From: a virus
Lineage: Duplodnaviria; Caudoviricetes
DNA length: 24,387 bases
Virus record (IMG/VR): IMGVR_UViG_3300027672_000087
Coordinates: 1-24,387 of that record
Strand: one strand, 5' to 3'
Shown: in pieces, positions 1-8,251 of the stretch
Layout: each line of letters opens with the position of its first letter
Numbering within the stretch: the first letter of the stretch is position 1
Notes under the pieces: generated by a model
Seen by the model: only the letters and a program-made list of their open reading frames with translations
The model's database searches: none
What the model was told of the DNA's origin: nothing
Translations under genes and position numbers: made by a program

Positions 1-69
1 AGTGAGGACGAAACAAAAGATTTAATTCGCGATATACTGCGCGGCGCAACTTTCAAGATGGACGTTTGA
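1..69 (+). CDS. 3' end of a hypothetical protein (truncated by window start)
   Basis: Frame 1 is open from base 1 (SEDETKDLIRDILRGATFKMDV) to TGA at 67-69, one base before the next ATG at 71. Confidence 0.5.
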   Translation, partial: SEDETKDLIRDILRGATFKMDV

Positions 70-70
70 T

Positions 71-247
71 ATGGCAAATAAAACCATGGCCGAACAAATC
101 CAGTTTCAACTTCAGTTCATGGGGATGATGAAAATGTGCGGCCGCAATGAAATGGCGGACACTGCATACATCAAAGCCCAAGAGCTAACAGCTGAGTTGA
201 TCGAACTGGAAAAGCTAAACGCTAACTTAGAAAGGGTTGGATCGTGA
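71..247 (+). CDS. Hypothetical protein, 58 aa (not in ORF track)
   Basis: Manual translation MANKTMAEQIQFQLQFMGMMKMCGRNEMADTAYIKAQELTAELIELEKLNANLERVGS. Its TGA overlaps the GTG start of the next ORF (GTGA at 244-247). Confidence 0.7.
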   Translation: MANKTMAEQIQFQLQFMGMMKMCGRNEMADTAYIKAQELTAELIELEKLNANLERVGS

Positions 248-447
248 AAACTCACAAATCAGTCATTAAGTTTATGGGAAGTAATCGCACCTTAAACATT
301 TCCGAACTGTCTCAGCGATTAGTTGAACCGCGTTGGCGGTTTGGCAGCCATGCTTACTTGACCTATCTGGAAGCCGTTAAGATGCGCGACAAGCACCAGT
401 TGGCAACGTCCCAGCTGTTTAAGGGTGAAAGGTTGGTGGTCTTATGA
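244..447 (+). CDS. Hypothetical protein, 67 aa
   Basis: GTG start with AGGG upstream; 4-nt overlaps with the genes on both sides. Confidence 0.6.
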   Translation: MKTHKSVIKFMGSNRTLNISELSQRLVEPRWRFGSHAYLTYLEAVKMRDKHQLATSQLFKGERLVVL

Positions 448-644
448 AACTAACCAAACCCCAACAGGAAGCTTTGAAACAGCGTTGGCTGTGGAGTGGC
501 GATCCAGCGGCCCGCCCGCCTTTCCCGTCAATCTCTTATCTGTCGTTCCGTCGTACTGTCGAGCCTACGTTTGATGATAGCGTGATGGTTAAATGGTGCG
601 GGATGTATCTGGGGATCGAGACCGACGGATATTGCCACAGCTAA
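444..644 (+). CDS. Hypothetical phage protein, 66 aa
   Basis: ATGA-coupled to the previous ORF and followed by a terminator; C-terminus WCGMYLGIETDGYCHS looks like a folded small domain. Confidence 0.7.
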   Translation: MKLTKPQQEALKQRWLWSGDPAARPPFPSISYLSFRRTVEPTFDDSVMVKWCGMYLGIETDGYCHS

Positions 645-666
645 CCCAGCCCTAAACAATAAGATC

Positions 667-692
667 GGCCCGCCTTCGAGTGGGCCTTTTTT
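667..692 (+). terminator. Rho-independent terminator
   Basis: Stem GGCCCGC (667-673)/GTGGGCC (680-686), loop CTTCGA, followed by TTTTTT (687-692). Confidence 0.8.
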
Positions 693-800
693 ATGTCCAG
701 CGTTAATTAGTTAAACAAGGCGGGCCGCGCCCCTTGCTCTTGGCTCAAACCTACGGGATCCGAAACCCACCAGCTGGGGATTGATCGCCGATGCCCGCAA

Positions 801-986
801 GATCCGTGAACCGCGCCCAGCTAGCCGCAAATCGCCCAGCCAGAACCGCGAGCCGCGCAACGTTGGCCGTCATCGATGGCGCAAGAACCGCGAACTGGCT
901 GCACAAAAACAGCCGGGTCCCTTCCATATCGGGTCAATAAACGTGGATTTAATACTTAAAACAGCGATCCACGACCCGCGGACCAC
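801..986. repeat. Degenerate 7-bp tandem repeats (consensus about GANCCRC) in the non-coding region before terL
   Basis: GATCCGT-GAACCGC (801-814), GAACCGC-GAGCCGC (843-856), GAACCGC-GAACTGG (885-898), GATCCAC-GACCCGC-GGACCAC (966-986). Confidence 0.6.
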
Positions 987-1028
987 GTTCTCACCGGGCG
1001 GGGGCTTTAGCCATGTTTCTCTCAAATA

Positions 1029-1057
1029 TTTACATAAAATTTTATTTGGACTATAAC
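1029..1057 (+). promoter_or_regulatory. Putative sigma70-type promoter for terL
   Basis: TTTACA (1029-1034), 17-nt spacer, TATAAC (1052-1057) in an AT-rich stretch; a second perfect TATAAT lies at 1075-1080. Confidence 0.55.
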
Positions 1058-1104
1058 TATCTTATAAAGCAGCATATAATCCCATAAACAGTTAGGGTCC
1101 CCCG

Positions 1105-2568
1105 ATGAATGTTAGCCTAAATCCGGCACAGCAAGAGAAAGCTTTGAAGCTTGAATTGAGGCTCGCACAGATAGCCAAGAACGAAGGTTGTCAGGAAAAC
1201 TTTTTACAATTTGTAAGAACCATGTGGCCTGAGTTTATCGCTGGACGGCATCATAAAATAATTGCGGACAAGCTTGAACGAGTCGCGAGCGGCGAACTAA
1301 AGCGTTTGATTATCAACATGGCTCCGCGGCATACGAAGAGTGAGTTTGCATCCTTTTTGTTTCCTGCGTGGATGATGGGCCGCGATCCGCGAATGAAGAT
1401 CATTCAGGCGACGCACACGACTGAGTTAGCGGTTAACTTTGGTCGGAAGACTAAGAACCTTTTGGACGCTGACGAGTACCGTGCGGTTTTCCCTGATGTT
1501 AAGTTAGCGGCGGATAGCAAGGCGAGTGGTCGTTGGGACACGAGTGCGGGTGGAATGTATTATGCTGTTGGTGTTGGTTCTAACTTGGCTGGTCGTGGTG
1601 GTGATTTAATTATCATTGACGACCCTCATTCGGAGCAGACGGCTATGAGCGCTCATGGTTTTGACGATGCTTGGGATTGGTACACTGGCGGACCTCGGCA
1701 GCGTTTACAGCCGGGTGGTTCGATAGTTTTGGTACAGACTCGGTGGTCAGAGAAGGACATGACGGGTCAGTTATTGCGGGCGATGGCGAAGGATCCGTTA
1801 GCGGATCAGTGGGAGGTTGTTGAGTTACCTGCGATTTTTGAGGATGAGACTCCGTGTTGGCCGGAGTTTTGGAGTTTGGAAGATTTGACTGCGGTCCGCG
1901 CATCTATACCTTTGAGCAAGTGGAATGCTCAGTATCAGCAGAATCCGACGGGTGAGGAGAATGCTATTATTCCTCGCGAGTGGTGGCGCAAGTGGGAGCG
2001 TGAGGCGGTTCCTCAGTTAGAGTTTGTGATACAGAGTTACGACACTGCGTTTAGTAAGCGGGAGAGCGCCGATTTTTCTGCTATTACAACGTGGGGTGTG
2101 TTTTATCCCAACGAGGGCGGAAGCGGACCTAATTTAATTTTGTTAGACAGTAAAAAGGGGCGCTGGGATTTTCCAGAATTAAAAGCTATAGCTTTTGAGG
2201 AGTACAAGTTTTGGGACCCTGACACGGTAATTATTGAGGCGAAGGCGAGTGGTTTACCGTTGACTCAGGAGCTTAGAAGTGCGGGTATACCTGTAGTTAA
2301 CTTTACGCCTAGTCGTGGTAACGACAAGATAAGCAGGGTGCATGCGGTAAGTCCCATGTTCGAGGCTGGAATGGTTTGGGTCCCTGACAAGGTATGGGCA
2401 GATGAATTAATTGAAGAGGTTGCTGCGTTCCCGAATGGGGAGCATGACGACTTAGTTGATAGCATGACACAGGCTTTAATGCGGTATCGTCAAGGTAATT
2501 TTGTACAATTACCAACAGATGATTGGCAAGACGAGGATGTTTCTGCTAAGGTGCGTGTATATTATTGA
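1105..2568 (+). CDS. terL: Terminase large subunit
   Basis: Walker A-like INMAPRHTKSE, Walker B LIIIDDP, coupling motif VQTRW, RNase H-like nuclease acidic motifs SYDTA, DFSA and HDDLVDS. Confidence 0.95.
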   Translation: MNVSLNPAQQEKALKLELRLAQIAKNEGCQENFLQFVRTMWPEFIAGRHHKIIADKLERVASGELKRLIINMAPRHTKSEFASFLFPAWMMGRDPRMKIIQATHTTELAVNFGRKTKNLLDADEYRAVFPDVKLAADSKASGRWDTSAGGMYYAVGVGSNLAGRGGDLIIIDDPHSEQTAMSAHGFDDAWDWYTGGPRQRLQPGGSIVLVQTRWSEKDMTGQLLRAMAKDPLADQWEVVELPAIFEDETPCWPEFWSLEDLTAVRASIPLSKWNAQYQQNPTGEENAIIPREWWRKWEREAVPQLEFVIQSYDTAFSKRESADFSAITTWGVFYPNEGGSGPNLILLDSKKGRWDFPELKAIAFEEYKFWDPDTVIIEAKASGLPLTQELRSAGIPVVNFTPSRGNDKISRVHAVSPMFEAGMVWVPDKVWADELIEEVAAFPNGEHDDLVDSMTQALMRYRQGNFVQLPTDDWQDEDVSAKVRVYY

Positions 2569-2579
2569 CGGAGGGCCTT

Positions 2580-5006
2580 ATGGCTACTGGTGGATTAATG
2601 GATACTAACGTCCCAAGTCAGTTAGACGAGGACGATTTACTGGCCGAAATTGAGATTGAGCTACCTGATTCGGGTGCGGATCCTTACTTAATGGCTGCGG
2701 ACATTGGGTTGGATGATCCTGAGATTGAGATTACGGCGGATGAGGACGGCAGTGTTGTTGTGGACTTTGCGCCTGACGACATGCGTGGCGAGGACGATAA
2801 CTTCTACGCCAACTTAGCTGAAGAGATCCCGGACCGTGAGTTAAGCAGCATTGCGTCTGATTTGCTTGGTGCGTTTGATTCCAACAAGGCGAGTCGTCAG
2901 GAGTGGGAAGACACTTACAAGAACGGCTTAGAGCTTCTTGGTTTTAATTACGAGGAGCGCACGACACCGTTCCGCGGCGCGAGTGGCGTGACGCATCCAT
3001 TACTTGCCGAGGCTGCTACACAGTTTCAGGCGCAGGCGTTTAATGAGTTACTACCTTCTAGCGGGCCTGTTCGGACTGTTGTTCTGGGCAAGGACACTCG
3101 TGAAAAGCAGGATCAGGCGCATCGTGTGAAGCAGTTTATGAATTTCTACATTACGAATGTCATGGAGGATTACACTCCTGACATGGATCAGATGTTGTTT
3201 TATTTACCGCTGGCGGGCAGTGCGTTCAAGAAGATTTACTACGATGAGAGCTTGGGCCGTGCGATAAGTAAGTTTGTTCCTGCTGAGAATTTAGTGGTTC
3301 CTTACGATACTTCTGATTTAGATACTTGTCCGAATATAACGCAGGTTGTGCGTATGGATTTAAACGATCTACGCAAGAAGCAGGTTGCTGGCATATATCT
3401 CGACATTGACGTGATTCCTTCTCAGGGGGATATTACGGGTGTTCGTGAGGAGATTAATCGGATTGACGGCTATGAGCCTAGTCAGATTGATTACGACTGT
3501 ACTTTGTTAGAGTGCCATGTGGATTTAGATCTTGAGGGTTACGAGGACATTGGTGAGGACGGCGAGCCTACGGGCATTAAGGTTCCTTACATTGTTACTA
3601 TTTCTCAGGATAACGGCGAAGTATTGTCGATCCGCAGAAACTTTGACGAAGAGGACGAAAAGAAGAAGAAGATACATTATTTTGTACACTACAAGTTTTT
3701 GCCGGGATTTGGCTTTTACGGCTTGGGTTTAATCCACACAATTGGTGGTTTAGCTCGTTCGGCAACATCTTCACTGCGTCAGTTGATTGATGCTGGTACA
3801 TTATCTAATCTCCCTGCGGGATTCAAAGCCCGCGGACTGCGGATCAGGGATGACGACGATCCTTTACAGCCGGGTGAATTTAGGGATGTGGATGCTCCGG
3901 GGGGTGCTATTCGCGATAGTTTAATGCCTTTACCGTTCAAGGGACCGGATCAGACGTTATTTAATCTGTTAGGTTTTGTTGTTGACGCGGGTCAGCGGTT
4001 TGCGACGATTACGAACATGAAGGTTGGCGACGGCGATCAGAGTGCTGCGGTTGGCACTACTATTGCTATGTTGGAGCAGGGGTCCCGTGTAATGAGCGCG
4101 GTTCACAAGCGGCTTCATTACGCCATGCGTTTAGAGTTTAAGATACTTGCGCGTGTGATGGGCGAGAGTTTGCCACAAGAGTATCCTTATTCGGTTGCGG
4201 GTGACGATGCCACTGTGATGGCTTCTGACTTTGACGGCCGTGTAGATGTGGTTCCTGTTTCTAATCCGAATGTATTTAGTCAGGCGCAGCGGATTGCTTT
4301 AGCTCAGACTAAGTTACAGTTGGCGACACAGGCTCCAGAGATACATAACCTGCACGAGGTTTACCGTGACATGTATGAAGCGCTGGGCGTGAACGATGTT
4401 GATAGATTAATGCAGGCGCTACCGGACGAAGAGCCGCGGCCTGCGGACCCTGCTCAAGAGAACATCAACGCGCTGGACCAAATGCGTTTGCATGCGTTTA
4501 CGGGTCAGGATCATCAGTCGCACATTATGGCTCACTTAGTATTTGGTTCTAGTCCTATGATTGGTCAGATGCCTGCCATTGCGGTATCGTTACAGAAGCA
4601 TGTTTTAGAGCATGTTAAGATACAGGCCGAGGAGCAGGCGATGGCTCAGATGGGTCAGATGCAGGGTCAGGGCGGCGACGAAGCTCAGATGGAGATGCAG
4701 TATCAGGGTATGGTTGCTCAGTTGGTTGCACAGGGTATGCAGGCAGCAAAGCAACTTTCTGGACAAATATCTGGCGAAGGACCAGATCCTTTGATACAAT
4801 TAAAAGAGAAAGAGATTGACATAAAAGCTAAGTCGGAAGAAGCAGATGCACAAGTAGATCAGGCCAAGTTACAGCTTGATTCTCAGAACCAGCAGATGCG
4901 CGGTCAGCAGTTCCAGCAGAGGCTTGCAAGTCAAGAAGGTCAGACGGACAAACGGATTGAGAGCGCAATGCAGCGCGAATTGTTAAAACAACAGCGAGGA
5001 CAGTAA
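2580..5006 (+). CDS. Portal protein (P22-like, about 808 aa)
   Basis: Follows terL; large size; portal-type motifs (HPLLAEAATQFQA, GSAFKKIYYD, GFYGLG, QLIDAGTLSN) and a long Q/M-rich helical C-terminus. ATG 2580 is preferred over TTG 2565 because GGAGG lies at 2570-2574. Confidence 0.88.
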   Translation: MATGGLMDTNVPSQLDEDDLLAEIEIELPDSGADPYLMAADIGLDDPEIEITADEDGSVVVDFAPDDMRGEDDNFYANLAEEIPDRELSSIASDLLGAFDSNKASRQEWEDTYKNGLELLGFNYEERTTPFRGASGVTHPLLAEAATQFQAQAFNELLPSSGPVRTVVLGKDTREKQDQAHRVKQFMNFYITNVMEDYTPDMDQMLFYLPLAGSAFKKIYYDESLGRAISKFVPAENLVVPYDTSDLDTCPNITQVVRMDLNDLRKKQVAGIYLDIDVIPSQGDITGVREEINRIDGYEPSQIDYDCTLLECHVDLDLEGYEDIGEDGEPTGIKVPYIVTISQDNGEVLSIRRNFDEEDEKKKKIHYFVHYKFLPGFGFYGLGLIHTIGGLARSATSSLRQLIDAGTLSNLPAGFKARGLRIRDDDDPLQPGEFRDVDAPGGAIRDSLMPLPFKGPDQTLFNLLGFVVDAGQRFATITNMKVGDGDQSAAVGTTIAMLEQGSRVMSAVHKRLHYAMRLEFKILARVMGESLPQEYPYSVAGDDATVMASDFDGRVDVVPVSNPNVFSQAQRIALAQTKLQLATQAPEIHNLHEVYRDMYEALGVNDVDRLMQALPDEEPRPADPAQENINALDQMRLHAFTGQDHQSHIMAHLVFGSSPMIGQMPAIAVSLQKHVLEHVKIQAEEQAMAQMGQMQGQGGDEAQMEMQYQGMVAQLVAQGMQAAKQLSGQISGEGPDPLIQLKEKEIDIKAKSEEADAQVDQAKLQLDSQNQQMRGQQFQQRLASQEGQTDKRIESAMQRELLKQQRGQ

Positions 5007-5007
5007 A

Positions 5008-5199
5008 ATGGCAAAAGTAAAAGTAAACGGTTCTGCACCGGGTCCTACCCCAAAGGCAGTTCCTTACGCTCAGATTGATAAGCAGGGGCGTATTCCTTAT
5101 GGCAAGACGGCGGATGTTAAGGTTCCTACGTCTATGAAGCGTGGCACGGCTCGTGGGATGGGCGCTGCAATTAAAGGGGGCGGCTACTTAGAGTGCTAA
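5008..5199 (+). CDS. Small basic hypothetical protein, 63 aa
   Basis: Starts one base after the portal stop; K/R-rich; ends with ARGMGAAIKGGGY. Confidence 0.75.
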   Translation: MAKVKVNGSAPGPTPKAVPYAQIDKQGRIPYGKTADVKVPTSMKRGTARGMGAAIKGGGYLEC

Positions 5200-5436
5200 T
5201 TGATGGAAATGGACGCGCTTTGGAATTTTATACTGACGGCTGGAGTGGGAGCTTTGGGCTGGTGGATAAAATCTCAACATTCTGAATTGAACCGCGTTAC
5301 CATTTTATTGAATAGAACTCGTGAAGAGCTTGCCAAGGAGTACTCTACTAAAGTTGAGAGCAACGCATCCATAGACCGATTGATAACTCGGTTAGATGCT
5401 CTTGATGCAAAAATGGATAGGATGTTAGAACGTTAG
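5200..5436 (+). CDS. Small membrane protein (N-terminal TM plus coiled coil), possible lysis accessory; start may be ATG 5203
   Basis: Hydrophobic LWNFILTAGVGALGWWI followed by heptad-like IDRLITRLDALDAKMDRML. Confidence 0.75.
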   Translation: MMEMDALWNFILTAGVGALGWWIKSQHSELNRVTILLNRTREELAKEYSTKVESNASIDRLITRLDALDAKMDRMLER

Positions 5437-5454
5437 CCTAAGAAAGCTCCCACT

Positions 5455-5931
5455 ATGTTAGATCCGGTTTCAGCGATTGCTTTAGCTACAAGTGCCTACA
5501 AAGGCATAAAGAAGGCTTGTGAAGTTGGGAAGGAGATCAGTAGTTTTACGGGGGCTATCTCTCAGTTTGCCAAAGCGTCATCCGATATAGACTTTCTTGA
5601 GAAGAAGTCACAAAAGCCTTCTTTATATCATAAGTTGTTTTCTAACACCGAGGCCACCGCTTTAGATATTTGGTCTGCCAAACAAAAGTTAAAGGAACAG
5701 CGCACTGAAATACAAAACCACATTAGCTTCGTGTATGGGCCTTCGGCTTGGAAAGAGATTGTCCGGATAGAGGCTGAACAGAGAAAGCGTCAAAGAGCTT
5801 TGGTTTACGAGCGGCAAGAGTTTATAGACAATTTAATCAACGGCATAGTTATAACTGTAATCACTGTCATTGGTTTGGGAATAGCGGGTGTCGTAATCTA
5901 TTTTGTAGGGAAATCTCAAGGCAAGTGGTGA
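5455..5931 (+). CDS. Hypothetical membrane-anchored protein, 158 aa
   Basis: Helical body with a C-terminal TM segment (GIVITVITVIGLGIAGVVIYFV). Confidence 0.8.
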   Translation: MLDPVSAIALATSAYKGIKKACEVGKEISSFTGAISQFAKASSDIDFLEKKSQKPSLYHKLFSNTEATALDIWSAKQKLKEQRTEIQNHISFVYGPSAWKEIVRIEAEQRKRQRALVYERQEFIDNLINGIVITVITVIGLGIAGVVIYFVGKSQGKW

Positions 5932-6038
5932 TGATACAACGAGGCAAAAAATACGTTGTATATGACAAACACGAAAAGGTTGTTATAATAACTGTAGATA
6001 GGCACATTGCAGCCCAGTACGCTAGGAGACAGAAATGA
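5931..6038 (+). CDS. Hypothetical protein, 35 aa (not in ORF track)
   Basis: MIQRGKKYVVYDKHEKVVIITVDRHIAAQYARRQK exactly fills the gap, with a TGATG overlap upstream and an ATGA overlap downstream. Confidence 0.65.
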   Translation: MIQRGKKYVVYDKHEKVVIITVDRHIAAQYARRQK

Positions 6039-6388
6039 CAGAGTTCGATAAAGCAGATCTCGATTCCAATGGCTCCATTGATCGTAATGAATGGAACAAA
6101 CTTGAGCTTGAGGACCGTAGGCTTGAGATCGCCGATCAAGATTTAAAGCGCAACGCCGAGCGCAGGTTCACAGGCTTGGCTTTGATGGGAATGTTAGTCT
6201 ACCCGTTTATTATTCTGTTGGCTTCTGTGCTGGGTTTTGATAAAGCCGCCACACTTATTACAGACATAGCTAGTGTCTATGTCATTGCTGCATCTGGAGT
6301 TGTCGCGGCGTTTATGGGGTTTAATGCCTATTCTGCCAAGGCGGACAATAAAAAAGCCTCTATAAAGTATGACAAAGAACAGGGATAA
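6035..6388 (+). CDS. EF-hand-containing membrane protein with two TM segments (holin/antiholin-like position)
   Basis: RBS AGGAG; canonical EF loop DLDSNGSIDRNE; two hydrophobic helices; charged C-terminal tail. Confidence 0.8.
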   Translation: MTEFDKADLDSNGSIDRNEWNKLELEDRRLEIADQDLKRNAERRFTGLALMGMLVYPFIILLASVLGFDKAATLITDIASVYVIAASGVVAAFMGFNAYSAKADNKKASIKYDKEQG

Positions 6389-6390
6389 AC

Positions 6391-7029
6391 ATGGATTTAA
6401 TACCGAGGAATTTTCCAAATATCGGTGTAGTAGAGGCAAAGCTACCCGAAGATGTAACAAAAGATATATGGAAGGCTATCAAGAAGGCTAGAAAAAACCC
6501 AGAGAACATGAAGGATGAGCTTGCGGGTAACATTAGCTCCTCTATTCGTCTGGACGCGGAATCTACCCAGCTTGCGGAGTTTCTAAATACAATACTTCCT
6601 GAGTTTATTAATAGCCACATTGAGTCCTATGGCGCTCCTTGGCGGGCAGTTATGAAGGAGGGCGAGGGCTTTAACTTAGAAAGCCTGTGGGTAAACTTTC
6701 AAAAGAAGCATGAGTTCAATCCGCCCCACGATCACAGTGGCGTGTTTAGCTTTGTAATATGGATGCAGATACCTACGTCCTACGAAGAGCAAAAGAAACT
6801 TCCTGTATGCGCTGAGTCAAATGCAGATAACCACATCAGCAACTTTGCATTCAGCTACACTAATACGATGGGCAGGGTATCGACCTTTGCGTACAATATG
6901 GAGAAACAAGCTGAAGGCTACATGGTTCTGTTCCCCTCGCAGATGCTCCACCAAGTCTTTCCGTTTTACGAGAGTGACGGCGAGAGAATATCAATCTCAG
7001 GCAACGTAGACATAAGGCCAATGGGATGA
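6391..7029 (+). CDS. Putative 2OG-Fe(II) oxygenase (TIGR02466/2OG-FeII_Oxy_5-like)
   Basis: WVN...FNPPHDHSG...SFV, LFPSQMLHQVFP and RISISGN match the double-stranded beta-helix oxygenase pattern. Confidence 0.82.
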   Translation: MDLIPRNFPNIGVVEAKLPEDVTKDIWKAIKKARKNPENMKDELAGNISSSIRLDAESTQLAEFLNTILPEFINSHIESYGAPWRAVMKEGEGFNLESLWVNFQKKHEFNPPHDHSGVFSFVIWMQIPTSYEEQKKLPVCAESNADNHISNFAFSYTNTMGRVSTFAYNMEKQAEGYMVLFPSQMLHQVFPFYESDGERISISGNVDIRPMG

Positions 7030-7427
7030 GTTTAATATCTAGCCTCATAGGTCCCGTCACGGGTCTCTTAGATAAAGTAATTCCTGATTCTGACATGAAG
7101 GCAAAGCTGGCACATGAAATTGCCACTATGTCTGATAACCACGCGCAACAGGCTTTGCTTGCTCAGTTGGAGATCAACAAGGCTGAAGCGGCGTCTGGCA
7201 GCTTGTTCAAGGGCGGTTGGCGACCCTTCGTGGGGTGGATCTGTGGCTTTGCGCTACTGTACCATTTTATACTCTGCCCGCTTATTATATTTTCGGTAAC
7301 GCTTTCTGGCGCAGAGATCCCACCGCTACCTGAGTTTGACATGGGAAGCCTTATGACCGTGCTGTTGGGTATGCTTGGAATTGGCGGCTTGAGGACATTT
7401 GAAAAACAAAAAGGGCTAACGAAGTAA
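7026..7427 (+). CDS. Holin, 3TM (GTA_holin_3TM-like)
   Basis: Signature GWRPFVGWICG, hydrophobic segments, terminal LLGMLGIGGLRTFEK; close to the endolysin. Confidence 0.85.
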   Translation: MSLISSLIGPVTGLLDKVIPDSDMKAKLAHEIATMSDNHAQQALLAQLEINKAEAASGSLFKGGWRPFVGWICGFALLYHFILCPLIIFSVTLSGAEIPPLPEFDMGSLMTVLLGMLGIGGLRTFEKQKGLTK

Positions 7428-7591
7428 TGTGGGTGCTGGTTTGGATACAGTTAATATCAGGCAAACCCGCAGAGTATTTTCAATTGGGCGTATACGACAC
7501 CAAGGCTGTTTGTGAACAGGTGTTAGCAAAGGCTGAGATAATGGTAACTCATAACGGGATTGCCGTAGCATGTTTAGGAGTAAAGATATGA
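7427..7591 (+). CDS. Hypothetical protein, 54 aa (not in ORF track)
   Basis: MWVLVWIQLISGKPAEYFQLGVYDTKAVCEQVLAKAEIMVTHNGIAVACLGVKI; TAATG-coupled to the holin; two Cys. Confidence 0.7.
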   Translation: MWVLVWIQLISGKPAEYFQLGVYDTKAVCEQVLAKAEIMVTHNGIAVACLGVKI

Positions 7592-7731
7592 AGATGTTTG
7601 TAAACTTATACTACAAGATCAGATATAAACTGACGGGCGTTTTATATCACAAGTCCACTAATGTTAAGGTTACAGGCCTTACGGGAACTGTAGTCAGCGA
7701 CCGTTCCAAGAAAAAAGGAAAAAAGAAATGA
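7588..7731 (+). CDS. Hypothetical basic protein, 47 aa (not in ORF track)
   Basis: RBS AGGAG at 7576-7580; MKMFVNLYYKIRYKLTGVLYHKSTNVKVTGLTGTVVSDRSKKKGKKK; ATGA overlaps at both ends. Confidence 0.65.
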   Translation: MKMFVNLYYKIRYKLTGVLYHKSTNVKVTGLTGTVVSDRSKKKGKKK

Positions 7732-8186
7732 CGTTTAAACTAAGCTCACGAAGCGAGGCCAAGCTGGAGGGTTTAGACCCACGGCTTGTTGCGGTTGTTA
7801 AATCAGCCATTCACAAATCAAAGATAGATTTTGGTGTGATCTGTGGCATGAGAACTCTTGATGAACAAAAGGCGCTTGTCGCGAAGGGCGCAAGCCAGAC
7901 AATGAAGTCCAAACATCTCCAAGGATATGCCGTTGACCTAATGGCGTATATTGGTTCAAGAGCTTCGTGGGAACTCAATCTGTATGACGATATTGCAGAT
8001 GCGATGGCTGAAGCTGCAAGAGAAGTGGACGTTCCTATTCGGTGGGGCGCGGCATGGACAATTTCAAACATAGCGCAGTTTCACGGTGGCACTATGGAAG
8101 ATGCCATGAACAGTTATGTCGATGAGCGTAGGACGCAAGGCCGTCGCCCATTCATAGACGGACCGCATTTTGAGCTAATGGTTTAG
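7728..8186 (+). CDS. Endolysin, L-Ala-D-Glu peptidase (peptidase M15, T5-like)
   Basis: GMRTLDEQ, SKHLQGYAVDL (Zn ligands H and D), WGAAW and DGPHFEL motifs. Confidence 0.9.
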   Translation: MTFKLSSRSEAKLEGLDPRLVAVVKSAIHKSKIDFGVICGMRTLDEQKALVAKGASQTMKSKHLQGYAVDLMAYIGSRASWELNLYDDIADAMAEAAREVDVPIRWGAAWTISNIAQFHGGTMEDAMNSYVDERRTQGRRPFIDGPHFELMV

Positions 8187-8193
8187 GCCTCTA

Positions 8194-8221
8194 TTGCCTT
8201 TCCAATAAATAACAGTAGTCT
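8194..8221 (+). promoter_or_regulatory. Possible promoter for the head-assembly genes
   Basis: TTGCCT (8194-8199), 16-nt spacer, TAGTCT (8216-8221) in an intergenic gap. Confidence 0.35.
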
Positions 8222-8251
8222 GCGTATCAGACAAACTGGGATTTTATAAGA

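Noticed and set aside
781-1056. 91-aa ORF before terL as a possible small terminase
   Set aside because: TTG start, R/P-rich sequence explained by the 7-bp DNA repeats, runs through the promoter-like AT tract, and shows no HTH or TerS features.
7706-7731. A-rich tract as a programmed frameshift into the endolysin
   Set aside because: Explained by the KKKGKKK tail and an AAGGA RBS with ordinary ATGA coupling; no downstream stimulatory structure was noticed.
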